64,000 nt of DNA from an uncultured Actinomycetes bacterium (GTDB lineage Bacteria > Actinomycetota > Thermoleophilia > RBG-16-64-13), in assembly GCA_963706025.1 (NCBI GenBank), contig CAVPLM010000005.1, forward strand, positions 32,001 to 96,000, read 5' to 3'. Within the stretch, counting starts at the first letter, position 1. Each line of letters begins with the position of its first letter. Under the pieces are notes generated by a model that was not told the DNA's origin, searched no databases, and saw only the letters and a list, made by a program, of their open reading frames with translations. Shown here piece after piece: positions 40,776 through 51,500 of this stretch. The position numbers were made by a program, and so were the translations under genes.

Positions 40776-41810
40776 ATGCCCTTCGGCATGGGGATCCCGG
40801 CCGTCTACTACCATCCCTCGTTCCTGAAGCACGAGACGGGCGATCACCCTGAGAGCAAAGAGCGTCTCGTGGTCGCCAGGCAGACTCTGCTCGAAAGCGG
40901 GCTGGAATTGGAGTGGGTCACGCCCGAACCGGCATCGGTGGCGGCGATCGCGCGAGTGCACGACCGGGACTATATCGACTCAGTCCGGCAGACGGCCGAG
41001 AGCGGTGGGGGTTGGCTAGACTGGGACACCGCCGTGTCCCCTCATTCGTATGAAGCGGCACTTCTGGCCGCCGGTTCTGGTATCACGGCTGCCGAGCGCT
41101 GTCTTTCGACGGGGCAACTGGCCTTCATGCTCGTGCGGCCACCCGGCCACCACGCCACCCGTTCGCGGGGGATGGGATTCTGCCTTTTCAACAACATCGC
41201 GGTCGCTGCCGCCCACGCTTTGGAAGAATTGGGCTTGGAGCGGGTGCTCATCGCGGACTGGGACGTGCATCACGGGAACGGCACCCAGGCTACGTTCTAT
41301 GACGATCCCCGAGTGTTGTTCCTCAGCATCCATCAAGGCGGTCACTTTCCCGGGACTGGGCTCGCAAGAGAAGTTGGAAGTGGTGAGGGCGCCGGATTCA
41401 CCGTAAACGTCCCCCTGCACGGAGGTGATTCGGACGGGGCTGTACTCCTGGCCTTCGAGTCGCTCCTTTCGCCGCTCACGCGGGCCTTCAGACCTCAGCT
41501 CATCCTTGTTTCCGCCGGGTACGATCCCCAGAAGGGAGATCCTCTGGGCGACCTACGCTATTCGGAAGCGGCGTTCCAATGGATGGCCGCCCGTTTGCTG
41601 GCGCTCGCTCAGGACGTGGGCGCCGCCGGCCCCCTTTGTTTCCTGGAGGGTGGCTATGTACCGCATATGCTGGCGGCGTCGATCGTCGCCACCCTCAGAG
41701 GCTTGGGAGGCGAGGCTCCGCCGTTCGAGCGCGTGATCTCTGACGATGAGCGGGCCGATGTGTTGGGGACTCTGGAGGCCGTGAAACCCTACTGGCAAGG
41801 GGTGCTCTAG
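40776..41810 (+). CDS. Histone deacetylase family (Zn-dependent) deacylase
   Basis: HPE, RPPGHHA, GFCLFNN, DWDVHHGNGTQ, SAGYD, LEGGY. Confidence 0.93.
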   Translation: MPFGMGIPAVYYHPSFLKHETGDHPESKERLVVARQTLLESGLELEWVTPEPASVAAIARVHDRDYIDSVRQTAESGGGWLDWDTAVSPHSYEAALLAAGSGITAAERCLSTGQLAFMLVRPPGHHATRSRGMGFCLFNNIAVAAAHALEELGLERVLIADWDVHHGNGTQATFYDDPRVLFLSIHQGGHFPGTGLAREVGSGEGAGFTVNVPLHGGDSDGAVLLAFESLLSPLTRAFRPQLILVSAGYDPQKGDPLGDLRYSEAAFQWMAARLLALAQDVGAAGPLCFLEGGYVPHMLAASIVATLRGLGGEAPPFERVISDDERADVLGTLEAVKPYWQGVL

Positions 41811-41899
41811 CTCAGGATCCTCTCAAGTCTGAGGCGGTTTGCACCGACACATGGAGAGGACGGGTAGTCGAGACGCGGACCCGGGAGGGTCTGGGGTTT

Positions 41900-42988
41900 A
41901 TGAAGACTATAGATGAGCTACTGCAGAAGGTGGTCGAGGCGGGCGCCTCCGACCTGCACCTCAAAGTGGGTAGTCCTCCGACGATCCGGGTGGACGGTGA
42001 ACTGGATGAACTCGACGAGCCGTCTTGCACACCCGAGGACACCAAGGATTACGCCGCCTCCCTCATGAGTGAGAAACAGATCCGGCGTTTCAGCGAGACC
42101 AACGAGATCGACTTCGCCTACAGCGCGCCCAGTGTCGGCCGCTACCGGATCAATGTCTACCGCCAACGAGGGACCATCTCCATCGCTTTGCGCCAGGTGG
42201 TCACCCGCGTGCCCACCTTCGCCGAACTGAACCTGCCCCCGGTGGTACAGAAGCTGTCCCTGGAGCCGCGAGGCATGGTGCTGGTGACCGGGACCACGGG
42301 CTCCGGCAAGACCACCACTCTGGCCGCCATGATCGACCACATCAACAATCGTCTGCGCAGGCACATCGTCACCATCGAGGATCCCATCGAGATCCTTCAC
42401 CAGGACCGCCGCTGCATCGTGAACCAGCGCGAGGTAGGCCTCGACACCGAGAACTACTCCTCGGCGCTCAAGTACGTGCTGCGGCAGGACCCGGACATCA
42501 TCCTCATAGGGGAGATGCGTGACCAGGAGACCGTGCGCACGGCTCTGACGGCAGCTCAGACCGGACACTTCGTCCTCAGCACCCTGCACACCATCGACGT
42601 GGCTGAGACTGTGAACCGGATCATCGACTTCTTCCCGCTCTATCAGCAGAAGCAGGTGCGCATCATGTTGGCCGGCTCACTCAGGGGCATCATCTCCCAG
42701 AGGCTGCTCGTGCGGGCGGACGGCATAGGCCGGGTCCCGGCGGTGGAAGTCATGGTCATGACGGGCCGCATCCGCGACCTGATCCTCGATCCAGGACAGA
42801 CGCACAATATCCGGACCGCCGTCCAGGAAGGCGACTTCTACGGCATGCAGACCTTCGATCAGAGCCTGCTCGGTCTGTTCGAGAGAGACATGGTCACGCT
42901 CGAGGACGCCCAACTGATGGCCACCAGTCCGCATGACTTCCGCCTGCTGGTGCAGTCACACGGTCACGAGGTACCGGTTCTGGACTAG
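41900..42988 (+). CDS. pilT: PilT/PilU-family type IV pilus retraction ATPase
   Basis: ASDLHL, GTTGSGKTT, TIEDPIE, LRQDPD, GEMRD, TGH..LSTLH, GMQTFDQ. Confidence 0.9.
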   Translation: MKTIDELLQKVVEAGASDLHLKVGSPPTIRVDGELDELDEPSCTPEDTKDYAASLMSEKQIRRFSETNEIDFAYSAPSVGRYRINVYRQRGTISIALRQVVTRVPTFAELNLPPVVQKLSLEPRGMVLVTGTTGSGKTTTLAAMIDHINNRLRRHIVTIEDPIEILHQDRRCIVNQREVGLDTENYSSALKYVLRQDPDIILIGEMRDQETVRTALTAAQTGHFVLSTLHTIDVAETVNRIIDFFPLYQQKQVRIMLAGSLRGIISQRLLVRADGIGRVPAVEVMVMTGRIRDLILDPGQTHNIRTAVQEGDFYGMQTFDQSLLGLFERDMVTLEDAQLMATSPHDFRLLVQSHGHEVPVLD

Positions 42989-42995
42989 GGTCGTT

Positions 42996-43442
42996 TCAGG
43001 TCCGGGTCCGCGACGCCTTGGCCTCGCCATCGCGCGGGGAGCGGGTATCCATCTGACCTCGCGCGGTCGCGCGCTGCTTCTCCTTGCCGCTGAAGCCCAC
43101 CAGCCAATTGATCGTGCCGGCGAGCACAGAGATGAACACCGCCATGGCCAGTACCCACGCGAAGCTGTCGGCCGAAAGTGACGCACCCACCCAAACGAAC
43201 AGTTGCAGGACGAGAGTGTTCACCAGCACTGTGAGCACGGCGCTTACGATGGCGACCACGGGTTTACTCCGCGCCCGGCGCAGCGGACGGACGAGACTGT
43301 TCAGAAAGCCCAAGAGCAAGGCCACTATCACCGCCGCCCAAACGGCCTCCACCCGGAATCTGCCGCCGGCCACCGAATCGACAAGGTAGAGCGCCAAGAA
43401 GATGGCGAGGCTGTTCGCCGTCCAGCGAAGCCAGAACTTCAC
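42996..43442 (-). CDS. Four-TM phage-holin-like membrane protein (YvlD/DUF360 type)
   Basis: LLGFLNSLVRP; four hydrophobic helices; GTG overlaps the WYL stop. Confidence 0.7.
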   Translation of the reverse strand: MKFWLRWTANSLAIFLALYLVDSVAGGRFRVEAVWAAVIVALLLGFLNSLVRPLRRARSKPVVAIVSAVLTVLVNTLVLQLFVWVGASLSADSFAWVLAMAVFISVLAGTINWLVGFSGKEKQRATARGQMDTRSPRDGEAKASRTRT

Positions 43443-45511
43443 GCCGTGCTCCTCGAATAGCGGCTCATGAGCAGCGCGGCGGACTCTCTGACCCGCCGGC
43501 GCGCCGAAGCAGGTCGCTCGAGGACCGCTTCTCCCAAGAAACGTATCACTTCGCGGGCGATCCATGACTCGTCGAGGTATGGGATCCGAGCGATCAGGGA
43601 GTCTTCAGGGCCGGGTTCCCAGCCGGTCCCCCGATCCTCAAGATAGGTCCGCCAGTGGGGCGCCAAGCGCACCGTTGCCCAGTGAGCCCGGCTGTCGGGC
43701 GAGAAGGCCTGTCCCTGCTGCCGCGAGACAAGATCGACCTCGGGACGCGGGGCGAAGGTATTCTCGGTGGCGTGGGCACTGCGGACGCGTTCCAGCTTGA
43801 ACGTCCGCTGGTGCCCGGCCTTCAGGCAATAGCCCTCCAGGTACCATCCGTCCGGGGAACGGAAGAGCAAGTAGGGCTCCACCTGGCGTTCGCTCAGTTC
43901 GTCTCGCGAAGCGGTGAAGTACTCCATGACGACGATCTTCCGATCGCGGATGGCGTGAGTGAGCACCTCGACGATGCGGGGGTCGGCCGGCAACACGTCG
44001 TCGACGATGATGGCTCCCTCGCGGGAACCCTCCCCGATGAGCGCAAAGACCTTTGCCCGCACGGAAGCCAGAGACTCGATGCCCTCAAGCGTGATCGCCT
44101 CACCTATGAGGTCGAGGGCAAGCAGAAGCGCGCGGGCCATGAGGGACGAGAGCCGGGCGGGCTGGCTGAACGTGTCGGCCATGACATCGCGGACGACTTC
44201 GACCCCTTCTTCGGTGGCCTCAGCGGTCAAGGCGTACGTTCCCCCCCCGAAGTTGACCAGATTGATGAGCTGAAGGTCCGCCTCGACCTCTGCCCGGGTG
44301 AGGCCCAGGTCGGTCTTCAGCGCTCTCCACGTGACTACCTCCGGCCGGCGTTCGTCGACCAGATAGTTGAGCAGCGCGATGGCCCGCGCGAGATGCTCCG
44401 GAGCGATCGGCTCGGCCTCTCCCGGTGCCACTCGGTTCGAAAGACGAGGGCGCGGGGGGCGGCCGCGAGCGGCCGCCCCCCCTTCAGCCGTGGCCTCCTC
44501 GGTCACCACCTCTGCGTGAGCCCGGCAGACATCCTCGAGGCGCCGGCGCAACTCCCCACGAAGGGACGCGGGTTCGAGCAGTTCGCCGCAGCCGCCGAGG
44601 CCGACCACCCAGGAGAGGAGGACGATCTCGTCCGCATAGGGCACGGTGAACCGCGTGTAGCCTTCACCGTCGTCGCCGAGCAAGCCAACGTGTGGCTGTA
44701 GTCTGGTGACCCACCAAGCTAGGCCCTCACTCACCTTTATGGTAGCCGTTCCCTTCACCGCGCCGAGCAGCCAAGGAGGGCGAGCCCGGTATCTTTCCGG
44801 ATCGTAGTCGGCCGGGACGGAGAAATCGCGCACCTTCTCGGTGCGAAAACGAACGATCCCCTGGATCCTGCCCACGCGGAACGTGCGGATGGCCTGGCGC
44901 TTGTGGTCGAAACCCACGACGTACCAACGACCCTGGATGAGGAAGAGGTTGTACGGCTCGAAGGTACGTTCCTCGAGGCTCCCGTCGGCGGAGGGGTAGT
45001 GGAAACACACCGTCTTGCCCCGGTTCAGCGCGTCCTCCAGTCGGGCCAACTGCCTTCCCGCCCGCTGAGCGTCTTCGTCGGGCGCGACGGCCACCGGCAG
45101 CTGTTCCAGCTGGTCCCGGATTGGGTCCGGTTTCCCATGGGAGATCGCGGTGAGGGCCAGACGCAAGGGCCTTGCATACGCGAACCGACCGTCAAGTGCC
45201 GCCAACGCTACTGCCAAAGCGCGCGACTCGGCCGGCGTGAAGTCGACGCGAGGAAGGTGGAAATCCTCCGCCGGCAAGAAATAGAGCTGGCTCTCGGCCA
45301 TCTCGGCTTCGGTGATGCCCTTGATCTCTATCCCGATCTCAGCGAGACCGGCTCGGTCGCCAAAGAAGCGCCGGGCGAAAGTATCGTCGCTCATCTCGGC
45401 ATAGCCCTCGACCGACTCCTGGATCTCACGGCTCGTGAAAGGGCGCGGTTGGCTCAGAAGAAACGAAACGAGCGACAACTGGCGTATGAGCTTGTCCTCA
45501 TCGCGACTCAT
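43439..45511 (-). CDS. Fused double HTH-WYL-WCX regulator (PafBC-like)
   Basis: RRFFGDR..L..IG; first WYL EPYNL..GRWY..FRVGRI; second WYL EPYLL..WYL..FKLERV. Confidence 0.88.
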   Translation of the reverse strand: MSRDEDKLIRQLSLVSFLLSQPRPFTSREIQESVEGYAEMSDDTFARRFFGDRAGLAEIGIEIKGITEAEMAESQLYFLPAEDFHLPRVDFTPAESRALAVALAALDGRFAYARPLRLALTAISHGKPDPIRDQLEQLPVAVAPDEDAQRAGRQLARLEDALNRGKTVCFHYPSADGSLEERTFEPYNLFLIQGRWYVVGFDHKRQAIRTFRVGRIQGIVRFRTEKVRDFSVPADYDPERYRARPPWLLGAVKGTATIKVSEGLAWWVTRLQPHVGLLGDDGEGYTRFTVPYADEIVLLSWVVGLGGCGELLEPASLRGELRRRLEDVCRAHAEVVTEEATAEGGAAARGRPPRPRLSNRVAPGEAEPIAPEHLARAIALLNYLVDERRPEVVTWRALKTDLGLTRAEVEADLQLINLVNFGGGTYALTAEATEEGVEVVRDVMADTFSQPARLSSLMARALLLALDLIGEAITLEGIESLASVRAKVFALIGEGSREGAIIVDDVLPADPRIVEVLTHAIRDRKIVVMEYFTASRDELSERQVEPYLLFRSPDGWYLEGYCLKAGHQRTFKLERVRSAHATENTFAPRPEVDLVSRQQGQAFSPDSRAHWATVRLAPHWRTYLEDRGTGWEPGPEDSLIARIPYLDESWIAREVIRFLGEAVLERPASARRRVRESAALLMSRYSRSTA

Positions 45512-45583
45512 GCCGTAAGACTAGCGCAGAAGTGCCAGGCGGGTCAGCACCCGTCCGGGTCGGGCTCTACAATGGTGGGCAGC

Positions 45584-48559
45584 ATGGAGCGATCACCGGA
45601 CAACAGTAGTGCGGAGGCTGGGCCGGGGCTCACCCTTGTCCTCGGTCCTCCGAATTCGGGCAAGATGGGCTACGCTCTTGAGTGGTGGCGGGAGAGGCTC
45701 CCCTTCAGTCCGGTCGCGGTGGCGCCCACCGTGCCCGATGCCCAGGAACTCACCGTCGAAATGGTCCGGCGCGTGGGCGCCCTCGTCGGGCAATCGCCTG
45801 CACTTACGTTCGACGGCCTGGTACGCACCATCATCGGACGGCCTTTGCAGCCCCCGGGGGAGTTCCAGCGCGCTCTCATCATGGGCCGGATCCTACGAGA
45901 AACACCCCTACGCTCGCTGAGCGGGATGGCTTCGATGCCGGGGGCCGTCGCTACGCTCGCGAGGTTGCTGCAGCAGCTGGGCGAGAGCGGTAGAGGCCCG
46001 GACGACCTGTACGGCATCCTGAGCCTTTGGGCAGGGGAAGAGCCGGGTGCGGCCGGATTGGCCGCGGATATCCGGCATCTCCACGAAGCGTATGTTGCTG
46101 CCTGTGCCACCTGGGGCCTGACCGACCGCCCGGCGGCAGCTCGGGAGGCTGTGGTTCGGGCAGCCGGCTGGACCAGGCCCTTGGTACTGTACGGGTTCAC
46201 GTCCTTCACCACCGTGCAGCGGAGTCTCGTCGAGACGCTGTCCAGGGATGCCCAGATCCTGGTCACGCTACCCCATGAGCCGACCCGACCCACCAATCTC
46301 AGCACCTCCTCCGAGGTCGCGGGATGGAGGGCGATCGCCGCCGAGGTGGTCGAACTGCCCCTGCAGATCCGGGCTTACTCTTCGCCGGTGATCGCCTATC
46401 TCGAGCGCCACTTCATGACCGATCTGCCTCTGCCCGAGCCCCCTCCGCCGTCGTCGGGTCCGCAGGGGGTGCGTTTCCTGCTCGCCTCCGGACAGCGGAA
46501 CGAAGCCGAACTGGTCGCCCAGCATATCTCCGGTCTCATACGCGAAGGCTTCAGGCCGGGAGATATCGCCGTCGTCGTCCGTCGGTTGCGGACCTGGAGC
46601 AGCCTGCTCAGGCAGGTGTTCGAGTCGTGTGGCATCCCGTATCGGATCGATGACACCCGCACGCTGGGAGAGACCGGGCTTGGTCACGCGCTTCTGAGCA
46701 TTCTGCGCGGGGTGCTGAGCGATGATGCGGAAGCGATCTTGGCCTACCTTCGCAGCCCCTACAGCGGGCTGACGCCGGAGATGGTCGCCGATCTAGAACT
46801 GCGATACAGGCGAGGGACGCGCTATGGGGCCAGGGTGGTGGCGGATATCGGAGAGGAACTGTGCCCGGGATCGCTCGCTCCCCTTTGGGCGATCATCACG
46901 GCTGATCCCGACCTGACGGGTATCGACCCGGCTGGACTGGAAGATGTGTGCCGGCGGATGCTGGAAGCAAGCATCCAACTGGGGATGGCGGGCGATCAGG
47001 AGCTGGAAGAAGAGGCCCGCGCCTTCCGAGCCTTGGTCGGAGCAGCGAAGGCCATGCGCGGACTGGTCGGCAGTGGCGACGGCGCGGCCCGGCTCGAGGC
47101 CGAGTTGGTGCTTCACGTACTTGCCGGAGTCCCGATTCCGGGTAGCCGGAGCGAGGATACGGACGCGGTGCAGGTCCTCAGCGTTCAGCGAGCGCGGGCT
47201 CGTCGCTTCGCCGTGGTCGCAGTGTTGGGACTGACGGAAGGGGAGTTCCCGGGACACTCCGACCCTCCGTCCCTGCTCACCCCGGCCCAACGGGCCCGTC
47301 TCGATTCGTTGGGAGGCGGAGGTCTCTTCGTCCCTGAGACGAACCAGGAGGCCGCTCTTTTCGTGAGCGCCCTCTCTCGGGCCTGGCAGCTGCTGCTTCT
47401 GAGCGCGCGGGACGCGGATGACGGCGGCGGAGAAGTCCTGCCCTCCCGGTTCTGGTCGTTGTCGAAAGAGCTGCTGGGGGTGGCCGATCGTGACAACGAG
47501 ACGCGTACCCTGGCCGAGGTGGTGTTCGGAGTGGAGGCGGCCCCGTCGCTCAGACACTACCTGCGCGCATGCGCGGCTCAGGGTTGCTCTCCCCACCCGG
47601 GCGTCTGGCCCGACGCGGACCGCAGACGAGCGCGCGCGTGGCGGCGCGCCCCGGCGCGCCTCACCGAGCAGGTGATCCTCGATGAGTTGGCGGCGACCGT
47701 GAGCTTCGCCCCGTCGTCTCTGGAGGCGTACCTCACCTGTCCCTTCGCTTGGTTCGTGGATCGGGTGATCGGGGTCGAGGAGCTGGAACCGGAGCTGGAC
47801 GCGCGGTCCACGGGGCAGTTGCTCCACAGCGTTCTCAGCCTCACCTATCAAGAGCTGGCCTCCCGTGATGCGCTGCCGCTCTGCCCGGAGGGCGTCGCGG
47901 AAGCGGAACTCCTGGCCTTTGCGGCTATCGAACGCCTTGTGGGGGACGACGGATGCCCCGGGACTGCCGCAGAGAAGCGTTTGGCCGTGTGGAGACTCAA
48001 GAGGATGGTCCGGCACCTTTTTCAGATGGAGAGTGCCGCGGCGGGCGCGCTGGTCATGGTGGAGACGGAGTCGGCCATCGGTGGTCGAGAGGGGGTCGAT
48101 ATCGGGGGACTCAGGATCAGGGGGCGCATCGACCGGATCGACGCCGATCCTCAGGGACGAGCTCTCTTCGTGCTCGACTACAAGAGCGGGACGGTCGCCG
48201 AGTTCTCCAGCCTTGGGACCGAACGGGCCCTACAGCTGCCTCTGTACCTGATGGCACTGGCTGCGGAGCGGCCGGAGGCGCAGGTCATCGGCGGGGCCTA
48301 TCTTTCTCCTCTCCAGAAGCGGCGCTCGGGCTTGGTCTATGCCGGCTCCGAAGACCTCCTGGGCGCGGGGAGGCAAGGTTGTCGGGTGGTCGACCCGGTG
48401 GACTTGGAGAGGCTGTTCGGAGAGACCCGCGCCCTCGCGTGCGCTGCGGCGGCAGGCATGCGCGCCGGCGCGATAGCGCCGCGCCTCGAACGCGATTGCC
48501 CGCCCTGGTGCGGAATGGGACCCGTCTGCCGCGCCCGTCCGGGAGGGTACCGATCGTGA
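45584..48559 (+). CDS. AddB/AdnA-like helicase-nuclease subunit
   Basis: GPPNSGK, DIAVVVR, SSLEAYLTCPF, RGRIDRID, DYKSG, LQLPLY, CPPWC..VC. Confidence 0.85.
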   Translation: MERSPDNSSAEAGPGLTLVLGPPNSGKMGYALEWWRERLPFSPVAVAPTVPDAQELTVEMVRRVGALVGQSPALTFDGLVRTIIGRPLQPPGEFQRALIMGRILRETPLRSLSGMASMPGAVATLARLLQQLGESGRGPDDLYGILSLWAGEEPGAAGLAADIRHLHEAYVAACATWGLTDRPAAAREAVVRAAGWTRPLVLYGFTSFTTVQRSLVETLSRDAQILVTLPHEPTRPTNLSTSSEVAGWRAIAAEVVELPLQIRAYSSPVIAYLERHFMTDLPLPEPPPPSSGPQGVRFLLASGQRNEAELVAQHISGLIREGFRPGDIAVVVRRLRTWSSLLRQVFESCGIPYRIDDTRTLGETGLGHALLSILRGVLSDDAEAILAYLRSPYSGLTPEMVADLELRYRRGTRYGARVVADIGEELCPGSLAPLWAIITADPDLTGIDPAGLEDVCRRMLEASIQLGMAGDQELEEEARAFRALVGAAKAMRGLVGSGDGAARLEAELVLHVLAGVPIPGSRSEDTDAVQVLSVQRARARRFAVVAVLGLTEGEFPGHSDPPSLLTPAQRARLDSLGGGGLFVPETNQEAALFVSALSRAWQLLLLSARDADDGGGEVLPSRFWSLSKELLGVADRDNETRTLAEVVFGVEAAPSLRHYLRACAAQGCSPHPGVWPDADRRRARAWRRAPARLTEQVILDELAATVSFAPSSLEAYLTCPFAWFVDRVIGVEELEPELDARSTGQLLHSVLSLTYQELASRDALPLCPEGVAEAELLAFAAIERLVGDDGCPGTAAEKRLAVWRLKRMVRHLFQMESAAAGALVMVETESAIGGREGVDIGGLRIRGRIDRIDADPQGRALFVLDYKSGTVAEFSSLGTERALQLPLYLMALAAERPEAQVIGGAYLSPLQKRRSGLVYAGSEDLLGAGRQGCRVVDPVDLERLFGETRALACAAAAGMRAGAIAPRLERDCPPWCGMGPVCRARPGGYRS

Positions 48560-51500
48560 GGACGACCGCGGACATGGCGTTGTCGGACGTTCAAGAAGCA
48601 GCGGCGTTCGACACCAACGAGCGGGTCCTCGTGGCGGCCGGCGCAGGGAGCGGAAAGACTCGACTGCTGGTGGCGTGCTTCGTCCGTGCCTTGGTCGACG
48701 AGGGTCTGCCGCCGGAGCGCTTGGTAGCCGTGACCTTCACGCGGAAGGCCGCCGCCGAACTGATGACCCGCATCCGGGGGCGACTGCAAGATCTCGGGCA
48801 CCCCGGCCTAGCCCTTGCCCTGGACGCGGCCACCGTCGGTACCATCCACAGCCTCTGCGCGGGGCTGCTGCGGGAGCGTCCCCTTGAGGCCGGAGTCGAC
48901 CCAGCCTTCTCCATCCTCGAGGCCGAGGCGGCAGCTCTGGTCAAACGGGAAGTACGCGACAAGGTCTGGGATCAGGCCGTCGAGGGAGCAGAAGAGGCGG
49001 AGTTGGATGTCCTCGGCTCCCACAGTGGACTCCTGCGGGAGGAAGTCGTCTCTCTGTACGAGCGACTGCGCGGCGCCGGGCAGGAGCGACCGCGGTTGAT
49101 GATCCCGCCGGGCAGGCCGGCGGAGCACGCCCGCACGGCGCTCGCGGAGGCCGTCCGCGAAGCCTTGAGCGCCGGATCGGCGGTGTCTCGCCGGTCGATC
49201 TCTCTGGAATCCGACCTGGCGGTATTGGAGAAGTGCCTCTCCTGGATAGACGACCCGGACCCGGCGCTCGATCCAGAAGATCAGTTGCGTTTGAGCGAGA
49301 GCTTCTTTCCAAGCAGGAAGACGTCGTCCGTGGAGCCCTATTTCGAGCCGGTCAGAGCAGCCCTCACCATCTATAGGTGCTCTCTTGCCGAGCATCAGCT
49401 TCGACCGGTCGTCGCGGCAGTGAACGATCTGCTCGCTCGTTTCCACCGGGCCTACGAAGCCTACAAGCGGGAACGGAGCCTGCTGGACTTCACCGACCTG
49501 GAATTGCGCGCCCGGGCCCTGCTCCGCGAGGAGGGGGGATCGGCAGCGGAGGCCGATGCGCCGGGCCCACGGGTCATGATCGACGAATTCCAGGACACCA
49601 ACGAACTGCAGTGTTCGATACTCGAAGGGCTCGGAGCTTCGAGACTGCTCATGGTCGGAGATGAACGCCAGAGCATCTACCGTTTTCGGGGGGCCGATGT
49701 CGAAGTGTTCAGGCGCAGAGAAGCCGAGTTCGAACTCCAGGGCGGGCACAACAAGGGGCCGAGCGGTTCCATCCATCGGCTGGTCGTCAACTACCGCAGT
49801 CGCGCCGAAATACTGGCTTTCATCAACCGGCTGTTCGCAGACGAGCGCTTCTTCGGTTCCCGGTTCGTCGCCCTCGGGTATGGCCGCGACGACCATGGCC
49901 GAGACGAGCATGACTGCGACGGACACGGCCGCGACAGGCCGAGCGTCGGCGGTGCTGCGGATCCTGGACTCGGACGTCCGCCGGTGGCCGTCGAGGTCCT
50001 GGCGGTGGAGCGTTTGGAGAAACCCGGGCCCGATGCGCGGTCGCGTCTCATGCAGGAGGCTGAGGCGCAGGCCGTCGCCTCGTGTGTCCGGCGGCTGCTG
50101 GACGAAGAGCGCTGGGAGCCCCGCGAGATCGTGGTGCTGACCCCGGCTCAGACGCACGTCGATCTGTACCAGCAGGCTCTCCTGGACCGCGGGGTGGAGG
50201 TGTACGTCGTAGGGGGCAAGGGCTACTACGGCAGGGATGAAATAGCCGATCTGACGGCGTTGCTGAGGCTACTGGTCAATCCCCATGACGATCTGGGGCT
50301 GGTCACGGTCCTGAGGTCGCCGATAGTCGGGTTATCCGACGATGGTCTTTACCTGCTCGGAAGCGAGGCCCGCGCGAGGAGGGCCCGATCCCTCTGGGAG
50401 GTGGTCCGCGAGGGAGCGATCCCCGGTATCGGTGAAGCCGATCGGGAGCTCCTCTTCGATTTCGTGGCGCGACTCATGGTTCTCAGGCGCCGGGTCGGGA
50501 GGCCGGGGCTGGCCCGACTGATCGACGATGCGGTGAGCGACTGCGGCTACGATGTCTGTCTCCTCACCTCGACCGAGGGGAGGCGCCGGTTCGCCAATGT
50601 GCGCAAGCTGATGCGCATCGCCGACGACTATGAAGCCCTGCGGGGCCCCGACTTGGCCGGCTTCGTAAGCGCCATCGAGTCCATGGGCGACCTCAGCGAC
50701 AAGGAAGGCAGCGCTCCTACTTTGGCCGAGGGAGAGAACGTGGTGCGGGTGATGACCGTCCACCAAGCCAAGGGTCTCGAATTCCCGGTAGTCGTCCTGG
50801 CCGGTCTCGGTTCGGACGTGCCCCGGGGTAGCCGTCCTCGCTTCGCTTTGAGCGGCGACGGACGCATGGGGGTCTTCCTCAAGGGCTCCGGGCACAAGAC
50901 GTACGAGTCGGGTGATCTCAGCTGGGGTCCGGCCGCCGAGATAGTCGCTGAGGAGACAGCCAAGGAACGGGAGGAAGACGTCCGCCTGCTGTACGTGGCC
51001 ATGACCCGGGCGGAGGAGCGACTCGTGCTCGTGGGAGCCAAGCCGGTTGGGAAAGGACTGGACGGTTGCCGCATAGGTCGCATAGCCATGGCCCTGGGCT
51101 TCGACACGCTGCCCGGAGTGGACACGACCGTACCCGTCGAAGGACTCGACGCGATCGTGGTCGGCGCGACCGCTTCTGCCGCGGAAACCGAGGGGAGGCA
51201 TGGTGCAGGAGCCGAGCGGGAGCAGGCGCTTTCAGCCGGACCAGGCCGGCAGGAAGCGCAGGAACCTCCGGGTCCCTGTCCCAGTTTCGTGGAATGCGCG
51301 TCCCGGGGAGCCAGTCCGCGGCAAGTCAGCTTCTCCGCACTCGCTCTCTACCTGCGTTGTCCGAGGCGGTTCTATTTGGAGAGGTTGCTGGGTCTCCAGC
51401 TCGATCCGGTCGGAACGCCTGTTTCCTCTGGAACGAGGTCTAGCCGGTATGGGGAGGAGCCAGACAGCGGGCCGGAGACTCCTTCCGCAGAAGAGGAACT

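Noticed and set aside
42996-43442. Prophage signalled by the holin-like gene
   Set aside because: This four-TM family is commonly chromosomal and no other phage genes are nearby.
44903-45583. Long N-terminal extension of the AddB-like ORF
   Set aside because: It is antisense to the WYL gene; the real start is about 45584. Likewise the AddA-like start is 48556, not 47953.
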